DNA of 64,000 nucleotides from Myxococcales bacterium (GCA_009692465.1 SHZD01000005.1:689-64688); one strand, 5' to 3'; numbered from the stretch's first letter, positions 9,103 to 18,924 are shown. The notes: a model not told the origin generated them from the letters alone. Numbers and translations: made by a program.

Positions 9103-12100
9103 ATGGCGCGGACCATTCTTGCGCGCCGCGGTCGCCTCAATAGCGAACGCCGTCGAGGCTGCGTGCTGCATCGCGTTATTCCGCTTCTGCTGCTGCTTAC
9201 TGGTGCGACAGGCTTGCTGTACGAAGTCGTGTTGTCGCGGCTTTTGGCGCTGCATTTGGGGTCCTCAGGGTCCTCCCAGGCCATGATGCTGGCTACGTTT
9301 TTGGGCGGTATGGCCGCCGGTGCGTGGCTGGTTGAAAAGCCGTTGCGCAAGCTGGTCATCGCCCTGCCGCGGCCGCTGGTCGGGTATGCAGTGCTCGAAG
9401 GCTTCATTGGCGCTTGGGCGTTGGCGCTGCCAACGGTTTCGTACTATGCCTTTGATCTGTTTACCGAAGTGACCAAAGACCTGCCAACAGGCGGCGTGGC
9501 GGCGACGGCGGCCAAATTGACGCTGGCGGCGGCGCTGGCTCTGCCGCTGACCACGGCGATGGGCGCCACCTTGCCGGTATTGGCGGCGGGCGTGCAGCGC
9601 TTGGCTCCGGCCCACGGCGTGCAATTGGTGTCGCGCTACTACGTGCTCAACGCGCTCGGTGCAGCGATTGGCGCAGCGGTGACCGGTTTTGTCTTGATTG
9701 AAGAACTGGGCATCGTCCAGCCGCTCTATCTAGGCGCAGTGGTCAATGGCGCCGTCGCTGCGGTGGCGTGGCTGGTGTCGCTGCGGGCACCGGCGCCGCA
9801 ATTCCAGTCAGAATCACAGGCCCAGCCAGAATCACAGGCCCAGCCAGAATCACAGGCCCAGCCAGAATCACAGGCCCAGCCAGAATCACAGGCCCAGCCA
9901 GAATCACAGGCCCAGCCAGAATCACAGGCACAACTTGAACCCCAACCGCTGACTGAACCCCTTTCGGTGCCCGAGACCGGCTTGCAACGGGGCCGACCAG
10001 CGGTGACACCAGATCTGCTGGACATCGACGACAACCGCGACCCAAAGCTGGCGTCTACCACCGGTGATACCCCCAAGTCGTTGGTGCTGGCGGCCTTCGC
10101 CACGGGTCTGGTCTCGCTGTGCGCCGAAGTGTTGTGGACGCGAATTGCAGCGCTGGCGCTGGGCTCCTCGGTGTATTCGTTTGCGCTCATGCTCACCGTG
10201 GCCATTGCCGGCATCTCGCTGGGCAGCTGGCTGTCGGCGCGAGCGGTGCGCCATCGCGATCCGCAATGGGTGTTGGCGATTTCGCAAGCGGCGGCCGCGA
10301 CGGCGACAGCGCTGTTGATTTTGCGATTGGACGGCCTGCCGCAGGAGCTTGCGCAAATTCGGCTTGCTATCCATGCCCATCCGGACAACTACCCGGCGTG
10401 GCTGTGGCGTGGCAACCTGTATTTGGCGGCCCACTTGTTGCCCGCAGCAATGGCGCTCGGGGCCTCGTTTCCGGCGCTGTTGGCCAGTGCCCAGGCGCGC
10501 GGCGCGGCGATGGATCGGGCGACAGCGCGCATTTTGGCCGCCAATACGCTAGGCAACCTATGTGGAGCGCTGGGCGGCGGTTTTATCCTGATGCCGGCGT
10601 TGGGCATCGAGGGCTCGCTGTTGGTGACCTTCGTGATTTCACTGGCAGTGGCCCTACTGGTGTTGCCGCGGCCGTGGCAAGGTCACCAATTGCTGCCGGT
10701 GGCAGCGGTGGGGCTGGTGCTGACCCCGTTGCTGCTGGTGGCGTCACCCGATGGTTTTGTGCTGACCCGCGGCCTGTTTCGGTTGCGCGATACCAAGCCC
10801 GAAGACGTCGGCAAGTTCGTGCAGGCCCGTCGCAAGCAAATCCAGGTGCTTTTTCGCCGCGACGGCAAGGACGCCACCATCACCGTCGACAAGTTTCCGA
10901 CTGGCTTTTTGAATTTTCGCACCAACGGCAAGAGCGATGGCGGCACCGGCACCGACGTCATTACCCAAGTCATGCTCGGCCAACTCGGCTTGGTCCACCG
11001 CCCGGCCGCCACCAAGGCGTTCACCATCGGGCTGGGTACCGGCATGACCGCGGCGGCGCTGGCCAGCCACTCCAAAGTCAGCGTACACGTGGTCGAACTG
11101 AGCCCATCCGTTCTCGAAATTGCACCTATTTTCGTCAACTTTAACGGCAAAATCTGGGAGCATCCACGGGTGCACATCACCATCGCCGACGCCCGCGAGG
11201 TGTTGCGCACGCTGCCCGACGGCGAGTTGGACATTGTGGTATCCGAACCGAGCAACCCGTGGGTGGTCGGGGTGGCCGACTTGTTCACCGCTGATAGTTT
11301 TCAGCGCATTTCGCGAAAGCTAAAGCCCAACGGCGTGTTAGTTCAGTGGCTGCAGCACTATGAGCTGTCCGAACACGTCCTGCGCGCGATTTTTTGCACG
11401 CTGCACGGCACTTTTACCCACGTCAAAGTGTACCGCATGTCCTCGGGCGATTTGGCCCTGCTGGCCTCCAATGCCTCACTGGACCTCGATTTTGCGGCGG
11501 CAGCTCAGGCGCTGGCCGATCCGGGGGTGGTGGCCCACCGCACCCTGCTCGCCCGCGCCGATCTGCCGGCCTCGCTGGTGCAAGTGCTGGTAGGTCAACT
11601 GTGCGGCGACAAGACTTTGCGCCGAATGTGTAGGGATTTTGACCAGCCACTGTTGGAATTGCACCCCAAAGTCGAGTACTTAGCCCCGCGCGATTTTTTT
11701 GCACAAACGTCAGCCCGCAACCTGTCGGGCCGCTTGGACACCCGCCGCAGCGACGATCCCTTGGCAGTGGCGGACACCGATCTAGTGCGCTACTTGCACC
11801 AGTGGCCACTGGATGATCAAATCCGAGAACAGCTGCACACCTACCTGATTGAAGTCAATCATCCTTTTGACACAAGTTTGACCTCCGCAACGTCTGCGGA
11901 CGGCAAGTTGCCCAAGACGCTCAGAGCCAAGTTGCAGCAGTTGCCCGAACTGGCCAGTGCGTCGATCGCCCAAAAGGCCATCACTTGCGCGCTGTTACGC
12001 AAAGAGGCCACTTGGTTGATGGATTCACCGTACACCGTTTTGGGCCCAGCCAGCCGCGATCCGCTGGTGATGGCGTGGGTCCAAGCCTGTGAGGCCGCAC

Positions 12101-12105
12101 CATGA
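9103..12105 (+). CDS. fused polytopic membrane domain / spermidine synthase-like (aminopropyltransferase fold) protein, paralog 1
   Basis: N-terminus (LLLLTGATGLLYEVVLSRLLALHLGSS) is homologous to paralog 2. There are multiple TM helices, then a spermidine-synthase-like core (FTIGLGTGMTAAALASH...VVELSPSVLEIA...HPRVHITIADAREVL...DIVVSEPSNPWVVGVADLFTADSF). Start chosen at the ATG at 9103; the track ORF begins at 8875, but that upstream part is occupied by a dispersed repeat. The stop overlaps the next start (ATGA). Confidence 0.8.
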   Translation: MARTILARRGRLNSERRRGCVLHRVIPLLLLLTGATGLLYEVVLSRLLALHLGSSGSSQAMMLATFLGGMAAGAWLVEKPLRKLVIALPRPLVGYAVLEGFIGAWALALPTVSYYAFDLFTEVTKDLPTGGVAATAAKLTLAAALALPLTTAMGATLPVLAAGVQRLAPAHGVQLVSRYYVLNALGAAIGAAVTGFVLIEELGIVQPLYLGAVVNGAVAAVAWLVSLRAPAPQFQSESQAQPESQAQPESQAQPESQAQPESQAQPESQAQPESQAQLEPQPLTEPLSVPETGLQRGRPAVTPDLLDIDDNRDPKLASTTGDTPKSLVLAAFATGLVSLCAEVLWTRIAALALGSSVYSFALMLTVAIAGISLGSWLSARAVRHRDPQWVLAISQAAAATATALLILRLDGLPQELAQIRLAIHAHPDNYPAWLWRGNLYLAAHLLPAAMALGASFPALLASAQARGAAMDRATARILAANTLGNLCGALGGGFILMPALGIEGSLLVTFVISLAVALLVLPRPWQGHQLLPVAAVGLVLTPLLLVASPDGFVLTRGLFRLRDTKPEDVGKFVQARRKQIQVLFRRDGKDATITVDKFPTGFLNFRTNGKSDGGTGTDVITQVMLGQLGLVHRPAATKAFTIGLGTGMTAAALASHSKVSVHVVELSPSVLEIAPIFVNFNGKIWEHPRVHITIADAREVLRTLPDGELDIVVSEPSNPWVVGVADLFTADSFQRISRKLKPNGVLVQWLQHYELSEHVLRAIFCTLHGTFTHVKVYRMSSGDLALLASNASLDLDFAAAAQALADPGVVAHRTLLARADLPASLVQVLVGQLCGDKTLRRMCRDFDQPLLELHPKVEYLAPRDFFAQTSARNLSGRLDTRRSDDPLAVADTDLVRYLHQWPLDDQIREQLHTYLIEVNHPFDTSLTSATSADGKLPKTLRAKLQQLPELASASIAQKAITCALLRKEATWLMDSPYTVLGPASRDPLVMAWVQACEAAP
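9806..9931 (+). repeat. perfect 18-bp in-frame tandem repeat x7 (cagccagaatcacaggcc, encoding QPESQA) inside paralog 1
   Basis: Read directly from the sequence; encodes (ESQAQP)6-7. Paralog 2 has no such linker. Confidence 0.9.
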
Positions 12106-14903
12106 CGACCGCGCTCGCCAGCAGTCCCGTGGATCGGACGCTAAACCGTTTGATTCCAGCGTTGTTGCTGGCCACGGGCGCCACCGGTCTGGTCTATGAA
12201 GTCGCGCTGAGCCGCATGCTCAGCCTGTATCTAGGTTCGTCGGGCGCATCGCAGGCGATCACTTTGGCGACTTTTCTGGGCGGGATGGCGCTGGGCGCAG
12301 CGCTGGCCGGTCGGGCCCAGCGCGGGGTGCTGTCGCGATTGGGGCGGCCGTTGGTGGCCTACGCCATTCTCGAAGCGTTCATCGGCGGGTGGGCGCTGCT
12401 GTTGCCGACATTGACCGACGCGACGATGGGCACGCTACAGGTGTGGCTGACGGGCCGTGACGCCGGCGGCGCGGTGGCGCTGACCGTCAAGCTCGCCGCG
12501 TGTGCGGTGGTGGTGCTGCCGCTGACCGCCGCGATGGGGGCAACGCTGCCGGTGTTGTCGGCCAGCATTGACCGCTTGCAACCGGAGCGCGGCGTTCAAT
12601 TGGTGTCGCGGTACTACTGGCTCAACGCAGCGGGGGCGGCGACCGGCGCAGCGTTGGCTGGGTTTGTGCTGATCGAAGCGTGGGGCTTGGGCGAATCGCT
12701 GGCGGCAGGCGCGCTGGTCAATTTCGCGGTGGCCGCCATCGGTGGGTCGATCGCCAGCCGCCACCCGGCGCCGCCGCGAGTCGATAGCCCTGCCTCTAGC
12801 GAACACGGTTACGACGGCGCGCCGATCGCCAAGCTGGTTGCCGCGGCATTCTTGACGGGCCTAGTGGCTTTGCTGTGCGAGGTGCTGTGGACCCGTACGG
12901 CCGCCTTGTGGTTGGGCGCTTCGGTGCACGCTTTCGCCTTGATGTTGACAGTGACTATCGCCGGGATCGCGCTGGGCAGTGCGTTGGCGGCGCGGGCGAT
13001 CGGTAAAGGTGCGCGGCCAGAAGTGGTGCTGGTGGCCACCCAAGCCGGAGCGGGTCTGTGCGCGGTGGCGTTGGCGGCCCGCTTGGATGCGGCGGCCATG
13101 GACCTGTTGCTCGCCCGCCTAAAGCTAGTGCACGATCCAGATAACTATGGTTTGTGGCTGGTGGTTTCCTCGACTCTGGTGGCGCTGCACCTGCTGCCAG
13201 CGGGGCTGTGTCTGGGCGCAGCCTTTCCGGCGTTGTTGGCAGCGGCGCGGCGTCAGGGGGCGCGCATCGATCGGGCGACCGCGCACCTGCTGTCCGCTAA
13301 CACGCTGGGCAATCTATTGGGTGCCCTGGCCGGCGGCTTTGTGGTCATGCCGACTTTGGGCTTGGACGGAGCCTATTTGGCGGCAGGCGCCGCGTCGTTT
13401 GGGGTCGCAGCCTTGGTGGCCCCCAAACCGTGGACGCGGATGGGCACCGCCCCGATTGCGCTACTGGCGGCGTTGGCCGTGCTGATCGCGCTGCAGTTTC
13501 CCCATCGCGATCAAGCGCTGACCAAAGGCCTGTTTCGCTTGCATGCCCCGCCTGGCCGCATCGATCCGGGAGCGCGACTGTGGGCCACGGTGGCCGGCGA
13601 AGTGGTGTTGCGGCGCGACGGCAAAGACGTTACGGTGACCGTGGAGCGCTTCGCCGGCAATCACTTGATTTACGCCACCAACGGCAAACCAGAAGGCGGC
13701 AGCGGCGACGTTCCGACCCAATTGCTGCTCGGCGTCGATGGTTATTTGGCCGTACCACATGCCAAAGACGTGCTGGTCATCGGCTTGGGCACCGGCCAGA
13801 GCGCGGCGGCGGTGGCGGCCAAAGCGGACGTGCAGGTGCACGTGGTGGAATTATCGGCGCCGGTGCTCGATGCCGCGGCCTTGTTCAAGGATCTCAACGA
13901 CGACGTGCTGCACAACCCGCGGGTGCGGGTGACGATCGCCGACGCCCGCGAGATCTTGCGCTCGTTGCCGCCCGCGAGCTTGGACTTGGTGGTCAGCGAG
14001 CCGAGCAATCCATGGGTGGCCGGTGTCGCCGACCTGTTCACGGTGGAGGCTTTTGAGCGCGTGGCGTCGCGACTGCGGCCCAAAGGCGCGCTAGTCCAGT
14101 GGATTCAACGCTATGAAATGAGCGACCCCACTTTTCGCTCGATCTTGTGCAGCCTGCACAGCGTGATGCCGCACGTCGCGCTGTTTCGGACCATGCCCGG
14201 CGATTTGATAGTGATTGCCAGCAAGACGCCACTCGATTCGCCGCTGGCTGCCGCCCAGGCCACCTTTGCGGCGCCGGACCTTGCGGGCTATTTGAGCCGA
14301 CGCAAAGGCGATTATGTGCCGCAGGACTTTGCGCAGTTGCTAGTCAACCAGCTGTGCGGCTCGGCTACGGTGGCGCAATTTTGCCGTGGTTTTGGCCAGC
14401 CATTTTCCGAAAAGCGACCGCAGTTGGAGTTTTCGGCCCCGCGCGACCTCTTTGCCCATGCCGACGCCACCGCGACGCAGCGCTTGTTGGATACGCGCAC
14501 CACCAAGCACGGCGATACGTGGCTGGCGCAGTGGCTGCTCGATCACCCGCTCGATGCGGCCGGCAAGCGCGCACTGCAACAGTATTTGGAGCGCAGCACC
14601 CACAGTGGCGACGCGGCGTTGCAGTTGGCGCTGGCACAGAACTTGCCAGCGCCGGTCAGCGCGACGGTGGCGGCCTTGCCGGCGGTGCCGTTGGCTGATG
14701 CCAAAGAGGCGGCGCCGTGGTGCGCATGGCTGCTGGCCGGGGTGCCCCAGCTGATCGAGGCCCAGATCACCATTGTCGGCCCGGTGTTGCCCGATGCCAA
14801 AGCCCAGGCGTGGATCGACCGGTGCACCCTCCCCGATATCGCCAACGCCCACCGCGGCGCCGGTTTTGCCCTGCCCGGCCGCGCCTTCGTTCCAGCGCGA
14901 TGA
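12102..14903 (+). CDS. fused polytopic membrane domain / spermidine synthase-like protein, paralog 2
   Basis: Same architecture as paralog 1 (LLLATGATGLVYEVALSRMLSLYLGSS ... VLVIGLGTGQSAAAVAAKADVQVHVVELSAPVLDAA ... NPRVRVTIADAREILRSL ... DLVVSEPSNPWVAGVADLFTVEAF). ATGA start/stop overlaps at both ends. Confidence 0.85.
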   Translation: MTTALASSPVDRTLNRLIPALLLATGATGLVYEVALSRMLSLYLGSSGASQAITLATFLGGMALGAALAGRAQRGVLSRLGRPLVAYAILEAFIGGWALLLPTLTDATMGTLQVWLTGRDAGGAVALTVKLAACAVVVLPLTAAMGATLPVLSASIDRLQPERGVQLVSRYYWLNAAGAATGAALAGFVLIEAWGLGESLAAGALVNFAVAAIGGSIASRHPAPPRVDSPASSEHGYDGAPIAKLVAAAFLTGLVALLCEVLWTRTAALWLGASVHAFALMLTVTIAGIALGSALAARAIGKGARPEVVLVATQAGAGLCAVALAARLDAAAMDLLLARLKLVHDPDNYGLWLVVSSTLVALHLLPAGLCLGAAFPALLAAARRQGARIDRATAHLLSANTLGNLLGALAGGFVVMPTLGLDGAYLAAGAASFGVAALVAPKPWTRMGTAPIALLAALAVLIALQFPHRDQALTKGLFRLHAPPGRIDPGARLWATVAGEVVLRRDGKDVTVTVERFAGNHLIYATNGKPEGGSGDVPTQLLLGVDGYLAVPHAKDVLVIGLGTGQSAAAVAAKADVQVHVVELSAPVLDAAALFKDLNDDVLHNPRVRVTIADAREILRSLPPASLDLVVSEPSNPWVAGVADLFTVEAFERVASRLRPKGALVQWIQRYEMSDPTFRSILCSLHSVMPHVALFRTMPGDLIVIASKTPLDSPLAAAQATFAAPDLAGYLSRRKGDYVPQDFAQLLVNQLCGSATVAQFCRGFGQPFSEKRPQLEFSAPRDLFAHADATATQRLLDTRTTKHGDTWLAQWLLDHPLDAAGKRALQQYLERSTHSGDAALQLALAQNLPAPVSATVAALPAVPLADAKEAAPWCAWLLAGVPQLIEAQITIVGPVLPDAKAQAWIDRCTLPDIANAHRGAGFALPGRAFVPAR

Positions 14904-16558
14904 AGACCGTCGACGTCCAGTTGCCAGCCGTTCATGGCGGCCCGGCACCCGAAGTCGATCCCCAATTGAGGGCGGTAGTGGCGGCGGCGTTGGGCATTTC
15001 GCTAGCGGAATTGGGCGTTTGCTGTGTGCGCCGTCGTTCGCTCGACGTCCGCCGCCGCCATCGACCGCAGTGGGTGCTGCGCGTGGACGCCTATACAGTC
15101 GCTCAGACTCCTATGGACGACAGCCTGCCGCCGCTGATTCGCCCGCAGCGGTTGGCTAAGACGGTCGGCGATCTGCGGCCGGTGATCGTCGGTATGGGCC
15201 CGGCCGGCTTGTTCGCCGCACTCGCTTTTGCCGACGCCGGAGTGCGCTGCACCGTGCTCGATCGCGGTGAGGCCGTCGAGCCGCGCAGTCTCAAAGTGCG
15301 CGATTTGCGTGGTAAAGGCCTCTTGGATCCCGAGTCCAACTTGTGCTTTGGCGAAGGTGGTGCCGGCACCTACTCCGACGGCAAGCTGTTCACCCGCAGC
15401 AAGCACCCGTGGGTGCGTCAGGTGTATGAGCGGTTGGTTATGCTCGGTGCCGATCGCGACATTTTGGTCGCCGCCCACCCGCACGTCGGCAGCAACTACC
15501 TAATTCGAATGATGAAAGCCTTGAGAGCCGCCCTACTGGAGGCCGGCCACGACCTGCGCTTTGGACGGCGGGTCGACGATCTGGTGCTGGACCACCGGGG
15601 CTCGGCACCTCAAGTCGTGGGCGTGCGCTGCGACGACGGCAGCGAACTACTAGATAGTCCTGTCATTTTGGCGGCGGGCCACTCCGCACGCGACACCTAC
15701 GCGATGCTGGCGCGGCACGGGGTGCACATGCAGCGCAAGGATTTTGCGATTGGCGCCCGAGTCGAACATCCGCAGGCGTTGGTCGACGTTATCCAGTTGG
15801 GCGATCTGGCCGGCGACGATACCATTGGCGCGGCCGAGTACTACTTGCAACAGACGGTCGCTTCCGGTCGCGGTACTTACTCGTTTTGCATGTGCCCGGG
15901 TGGCCAAGTGTTGCCGACCTCGACGGCGCTGGGCTGTCTAAACGTCAACGGGATGTCCAATTCGGGCCGCGGCTCGGGGTTTGCCAACGCGGCGTGGGTG
16001 GCACAGGTGCCGGCCCACGAGTTTTTCAACCAGCGTCCGGGTGACCTCGACGACGATGCGCAGTTTGGGCTGCAGGTGGCGGGCGGGGCCTTGCTCGGTC
16101 TCGCACTGCAAACCCGCTTGGAACAAGCCTGTTTCGCTGCCGGTGGCGGCGACCATGTTGCCCCAGCCCAGCGCCTGACCGATTTTGTCCACGGTCGGGC
16201 CTCGGCCGACCTGCCCGATCGTTACACCTATCGGCCAGGCTTGCGTCTGGGTCGCCTCGACCAGTTGTTACCTAGGCGGCTGGTGGCCGATTTGCAGCAA
16301 GGCGCGCGCCAAGTGGAGGCCAAGCAAATGCGCGGTTGGCTGGCCCGCGACGCCGTCATCCAAGGGGTGGAAACCACGACCAGCTCGCCCGTTCGCATCG
16401 TGCGCGGCAGCGATCGGCAGAGTGTTTCGCACCTAGGCCTGTATCCATGCGCGGAGGGCGCGGGCTACGCCGGAGGCATCGTGTCGTCCGCGATCGACGG
16501 GTTGGAGGCGGCTCGCGCAGTCTTGGCGGCGGCAGGCCTGTTGGCAGCCGACGGCTAG
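14900..16558 (+). CDS. FAD-dependent dehydrogenase (COG2509-like NAD(P)/FAD-dependent oxidoreductase)
   Basis: Rossmann dinucleotide-binding start (VIVGMGPAGLFAALAFADAG), TYSDGKLFTRS and FCMCPGG motifs. The ATG at 14900 (MKTVDVQLP...) overlaps the upstream stop as ATGA. The track ORF begins at 14717 but is GC-frame read-through. Confidence 0.75.
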   Translation: MKTVDVQLPAVHGGPAPEVDPQLRAVVAAALGISLAELGVCCVRRRSLDVRRRHRPQWVLRVDAYTVAQTPMDDSLPPLIRPQRLAKTVGDLRPVIVGMGPAGLFAALAFADAGVRCTVLDRGEAVEPRSLKVRDLRGKGLLDPESNLCFGEGGAGTYSDGKLFTRSKHPWVRQVYERLVMLGADRDILVAAHPHVGSNYLIRMMKALRAALLEAGHDLRFGRRVDDLVLDHRGSAPQVVGVRCDDGSELLDSPVILAAGHSARDTYAMLARHGVHMQRKDFAIGARVEHPQALVDVIQLGDLAGDDTIGAAEYYLQQTVASGRGTYSFCMCPGGQVLPTSTALGCLNVNGMSNSGRGSGFANAAWVAQVPAHEFFNQRPGDLDDDAQFGLQVAGGALLGLALQTRLEQACFAAGGGDHVAPAQRLTDFVHGRASADLPDRYTYRPGLRLGRLDQLLPRRLVADLQQGARQVEAKQMRGWLARDAVIQGVETTTSSPVRIVRGSDRQSVSHLGLYPCAEGAGYAGGIVSSAIDGLEAARAVLAAAGLLAADG

Positions 16559-16582
16559 TGCAAGGGTGGCAAGTGACTTTGG

Positions 16583-17974
16583 CTAAGTGGTCTTACGCCG
16601 CTGCCGTTCGGTTCCCGTTGCAATATCAAGCAGTTGCGGCGCCCGCTCACGCACAACTTGCAAGTAGAACTCCGCGGTTTGCAGGGGCGGCAGCTCCTCT
16701 TGCTCACATTGCTGTTCCAGCCACAGTTGAATCCGCCCCAGCCACGGTCCCGCTTGCAGGCCGGTCTGGGCCAAGATGAGGCTCCCCAAGCCCTTGGGCA
16801 GCGGCGGCACCTTGGCATTTTGTTCCACGATGTCAGCGACATGGCCGGCAAGTTGCGTAGTCAGCGTCTTGACTTCCGCTTGGCGACTCGAGCGCTTGGT
16901 GGTGTAGTCTGAGCGCGAAAACGCCAGCACGTCGTCCAAATGCTCGCCCATATCACGGACCAATCGGCGCACCGCACTGTCTGTCCAATTGGCCAAATAA
17001 GCGTTGGCGCGGGCGTGGTGGCCGATCACGTACACAATCCGGTCGCGCACCGCAGGCGGCATGTGAAAGCGCCCAGCCACCCCTTCCATCAGCGACGCCC
17101 CTAGCGCTTCGTGGCCAAAAAAGTGTACCCGCCCCTTCTGCACGGTACGCGTTTGCACTTTGCCGGTGTCGTGCATCAGCGCCGACCACCGCACGACCAA
17201 GCTGTGCGGGCATTTTTCAATGACCTGCAAAGTGTGGTCCCAGATGTCCTTGTGGTGTACGGGGCACGATTTGTGAAAATCGACCAGCGCGGTCACTTCG
17301 GGCACCAGCAACTGCAACACCCCGGCCTGCTGCAAGAAACGCAGCCCCACGGAAGCACGCGGCCCAAGCAACACTGCGCCCAGACCGTCCTGCCAGCACT
17401 GACGGTCCAGTTGCAGGATCAGCACCGCATCGCGCTGCAAGGCCCGCACGATATCGCGATCGGGGTACAATCCCGTGTGGGCCGCGATCGCCGCTACCTG
17501 CAGTGCGCCGCTCAGATCACCGCGCCACAACGCCCTTGGGTCACCGCTCACCCGCAACAGGCCATCGCGCCAGTCTTTTTCGGCGCCGTAGGGGTCGACA
17601 ATTTGACCATTGGCTAGCACCGCGACGGCCAACGCCCGCAGATGGGTGCGCTCAAGCTCGGCGGTTAGCTCGGCAGCCAGTGCATCGGAAAACACAAGAT
17701 GCGGTGGTGCTTTACAAATCTCAACACCAGCTACTTGGACGGCGGCATCGGCACTTGCGGCAACTACTGCGCGCTGCACCTGCAACCCACCGGCCCATTG
17801 CACCAGCGGATCGCGCAGCGGCTGGTCGGCAGCCAACTGCGGTTCAAAGGCTGCGAGGGCCGCCGGTAGGCCCACCAGCGCCGCGCCGGCAAACTGCAGG
17901 TCAAGGTCGCGTAACCACTGAGCAACCGCCACAGGTGAGCGCATCGATTCGGCAACGGGGAGTGCTAATGGCAT
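16583..17974 (-). CDS. cca: CCA tRNA nucleotidyltransferase / poly(A) polymerase family protein with HD phosphohydrolase domain
   Basis: Class-II NTase neck/body motifs (IVDPYGAEKDWRDGLLRVSGDPRALWRGDLSGALQVAAIAA) and an HD domain (HHKDIWDHTLQV ... ALMHDTGK). The head-domain GG...DxD region appears divergent. Confidence 0.6.
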   Translation of the reverse strand: MPLALPVAESMRSPVAVAQWLRDLDLQFAGAALVGLPAALAAFEPQLAADQPLRDPLVQWAGGLQVQRAVVAASADAAVQVAGVEICKAPPHLVFSDALAAELTAELERTHLRALAVAVLANGQIVDPYGAEKDWRDGLLRVSGDPRALWRGDLSGALQVAAIAAHTGLYPDRDIVRALQRDAVLILQLDRQCWQDGLGAVLLGPRASVGLRFLQQAGVLQLLVPEVTALVDFHKSCPVHHKDIWDHTLQVIEKCPHSLVVRWSALMHDTGKVQTRTVQKGRVHFFGHEALGASLMEGVAGRFHMPPAVRDRIVYVIGHHARANAYLANWTDSAVRRLVRDMGEHLDDVLAFSRSDYTTKRSSRQAEVKTLTTQLAGHVADIVEQNAKVPPLPKGLGSLILAQTGLQAGPWLGRIQLWLEQQCEQEELPPLQTAEFYLQVVRERAPQLLDIATGTERQRRKTT

Positions 17975-18226
17975 CGTCGATCAAGCCCAGCGAAGCGGGC
18001 GTGGGTGGCGATGTAGCCTTTGCCGCGCCTTGCGGTCAAGAGCGATGTTTCAAGCCGCAGACGAGCTAGCTGCGCAAGGGCGCACAGTCTTGCACTGGCT
18101 CGGCTGCAAGTTGACATGGCCGGTGCGCGATGGTACTAGCTCTATTGGGAGTTGCTGTGCTGCGGCTTAATCCCCCAGGCGGCAGGCACAGACATGTATC
18201 GAGCGACTCCAAGACTTTAGTGGCTC

Positions 18227-18340
18227 ACAGAATTCAGCAGTGCAATGGCACGAATTCAGCAGTGCACTGGCACGAATTCAGCAGTGCACTGGCACGAATT
18301 CAGCAGTGCACTGGCACGAATTCAGCAGTGCACTGGCACG
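18227..18340. repeat. 22-bp tandem repeat x5 (cacgaattcagcagtgcactgg); each unit holds two palindromes (GAATTC and CAGTGCACTG)
   Basis: Read directly. Lies about 270 bp upstream of the His-rich gene and about 250 bp upstream of the divergent cca-like gene. Confidence 0.9.
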
Positions 18341-18609
18341 ACCGACAGCGAAGTGACGACCCCCCGACACGACGCCCCCAACGACAGAGCTTAGGCAGTA
18401 GAACAGTGTCAGGTACTTAAATAGAATCAGACACTTGCTTGAGAATATTCAGACACTGAGCTAGCGCCAAGCCCTACCCATTGAGCCAGCCCGAGAACGA
18501 CCCACCCGCACGACGAACACCATCCACCCGCACGACGACTGGGCCAATTCTAGAGCCGGAAACAACGATCGAGAATCTGGCGCCGTTTTGGCAGCGACGA
18601 GGGGAACCC

Positions 18610-18924
18610 ATGAAGAAGACGCTTCCGAAACTCAAAAAGACCGCAGCCGATTTCCTGTCGCCTGAGGAAGGCGCGATCAGCGAGAAGCAAGAAGCGCGCG
18701 TGTCGACGTTCCTGACGCTTTCAGGCAGCGACGGCAGCGTGTTGCCCGCTGGCGATGCCAATATGACCGCCGAGCACTGTAGCCACGGTTCGCACGGCAG
18801 CCACGGCTCGCACGGCAGTCACGGCTCGCACGGCTCGCACGGCAGTCACGGCTCGCACGGCAGCCACGGCTCGCACGGCAGCCACGGCTCGCACGGCAGC
18901 CACGGCTCGCACGGATCTTGGTAA
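18610..18924 (+). CDS. small histidine-rich protein with a C-terminal (HGS)n repeat tail, possible metal-binding
   Basis: Strong SD (gaggggaaccc) 6 bp before the ATG at 18610. The 104-aa product is MKKTLPKLKKTAADFLSPEEGAISEKQEARVSTFLTLSGSDGSVLPAGDANMTAEHCS followed by about 16x HGS and then W. GC3-rich codon usage. The track ORF from 18481 is probably a 5' over-extension. Confidence 0.6.
   Translation: MKKTLPKLKKTAADFLSPEEGAISEKQEARVSTFLTLSGSDGSVLPAGDANMTAEHCSHGSHGSHGSHGSHGSHGSHGSHGSHGSHGSHGSHGSHGSHGSHGSW
18781..18918 (+). repeat. 9-bp coding tandem repeat (cacggctcg / cacggcagc) x about 15, encoding (HGS)n
   Basis: Read directly from the sequence. Confidence 0.9.

Noticed and set aside
8766-9407. 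Minus-strand 213-aa ORF
   Set aside because: Overlaps the dispersed repeat and the start of the fused-SpdS gene. Arg-rich; no support.
9726-10434. Minus-strand ORFs containing CDSGWA and PVILAG repeats
   Set aside because: They are the 18-bp coding repeat of paralog 1 read on the opposite strand.
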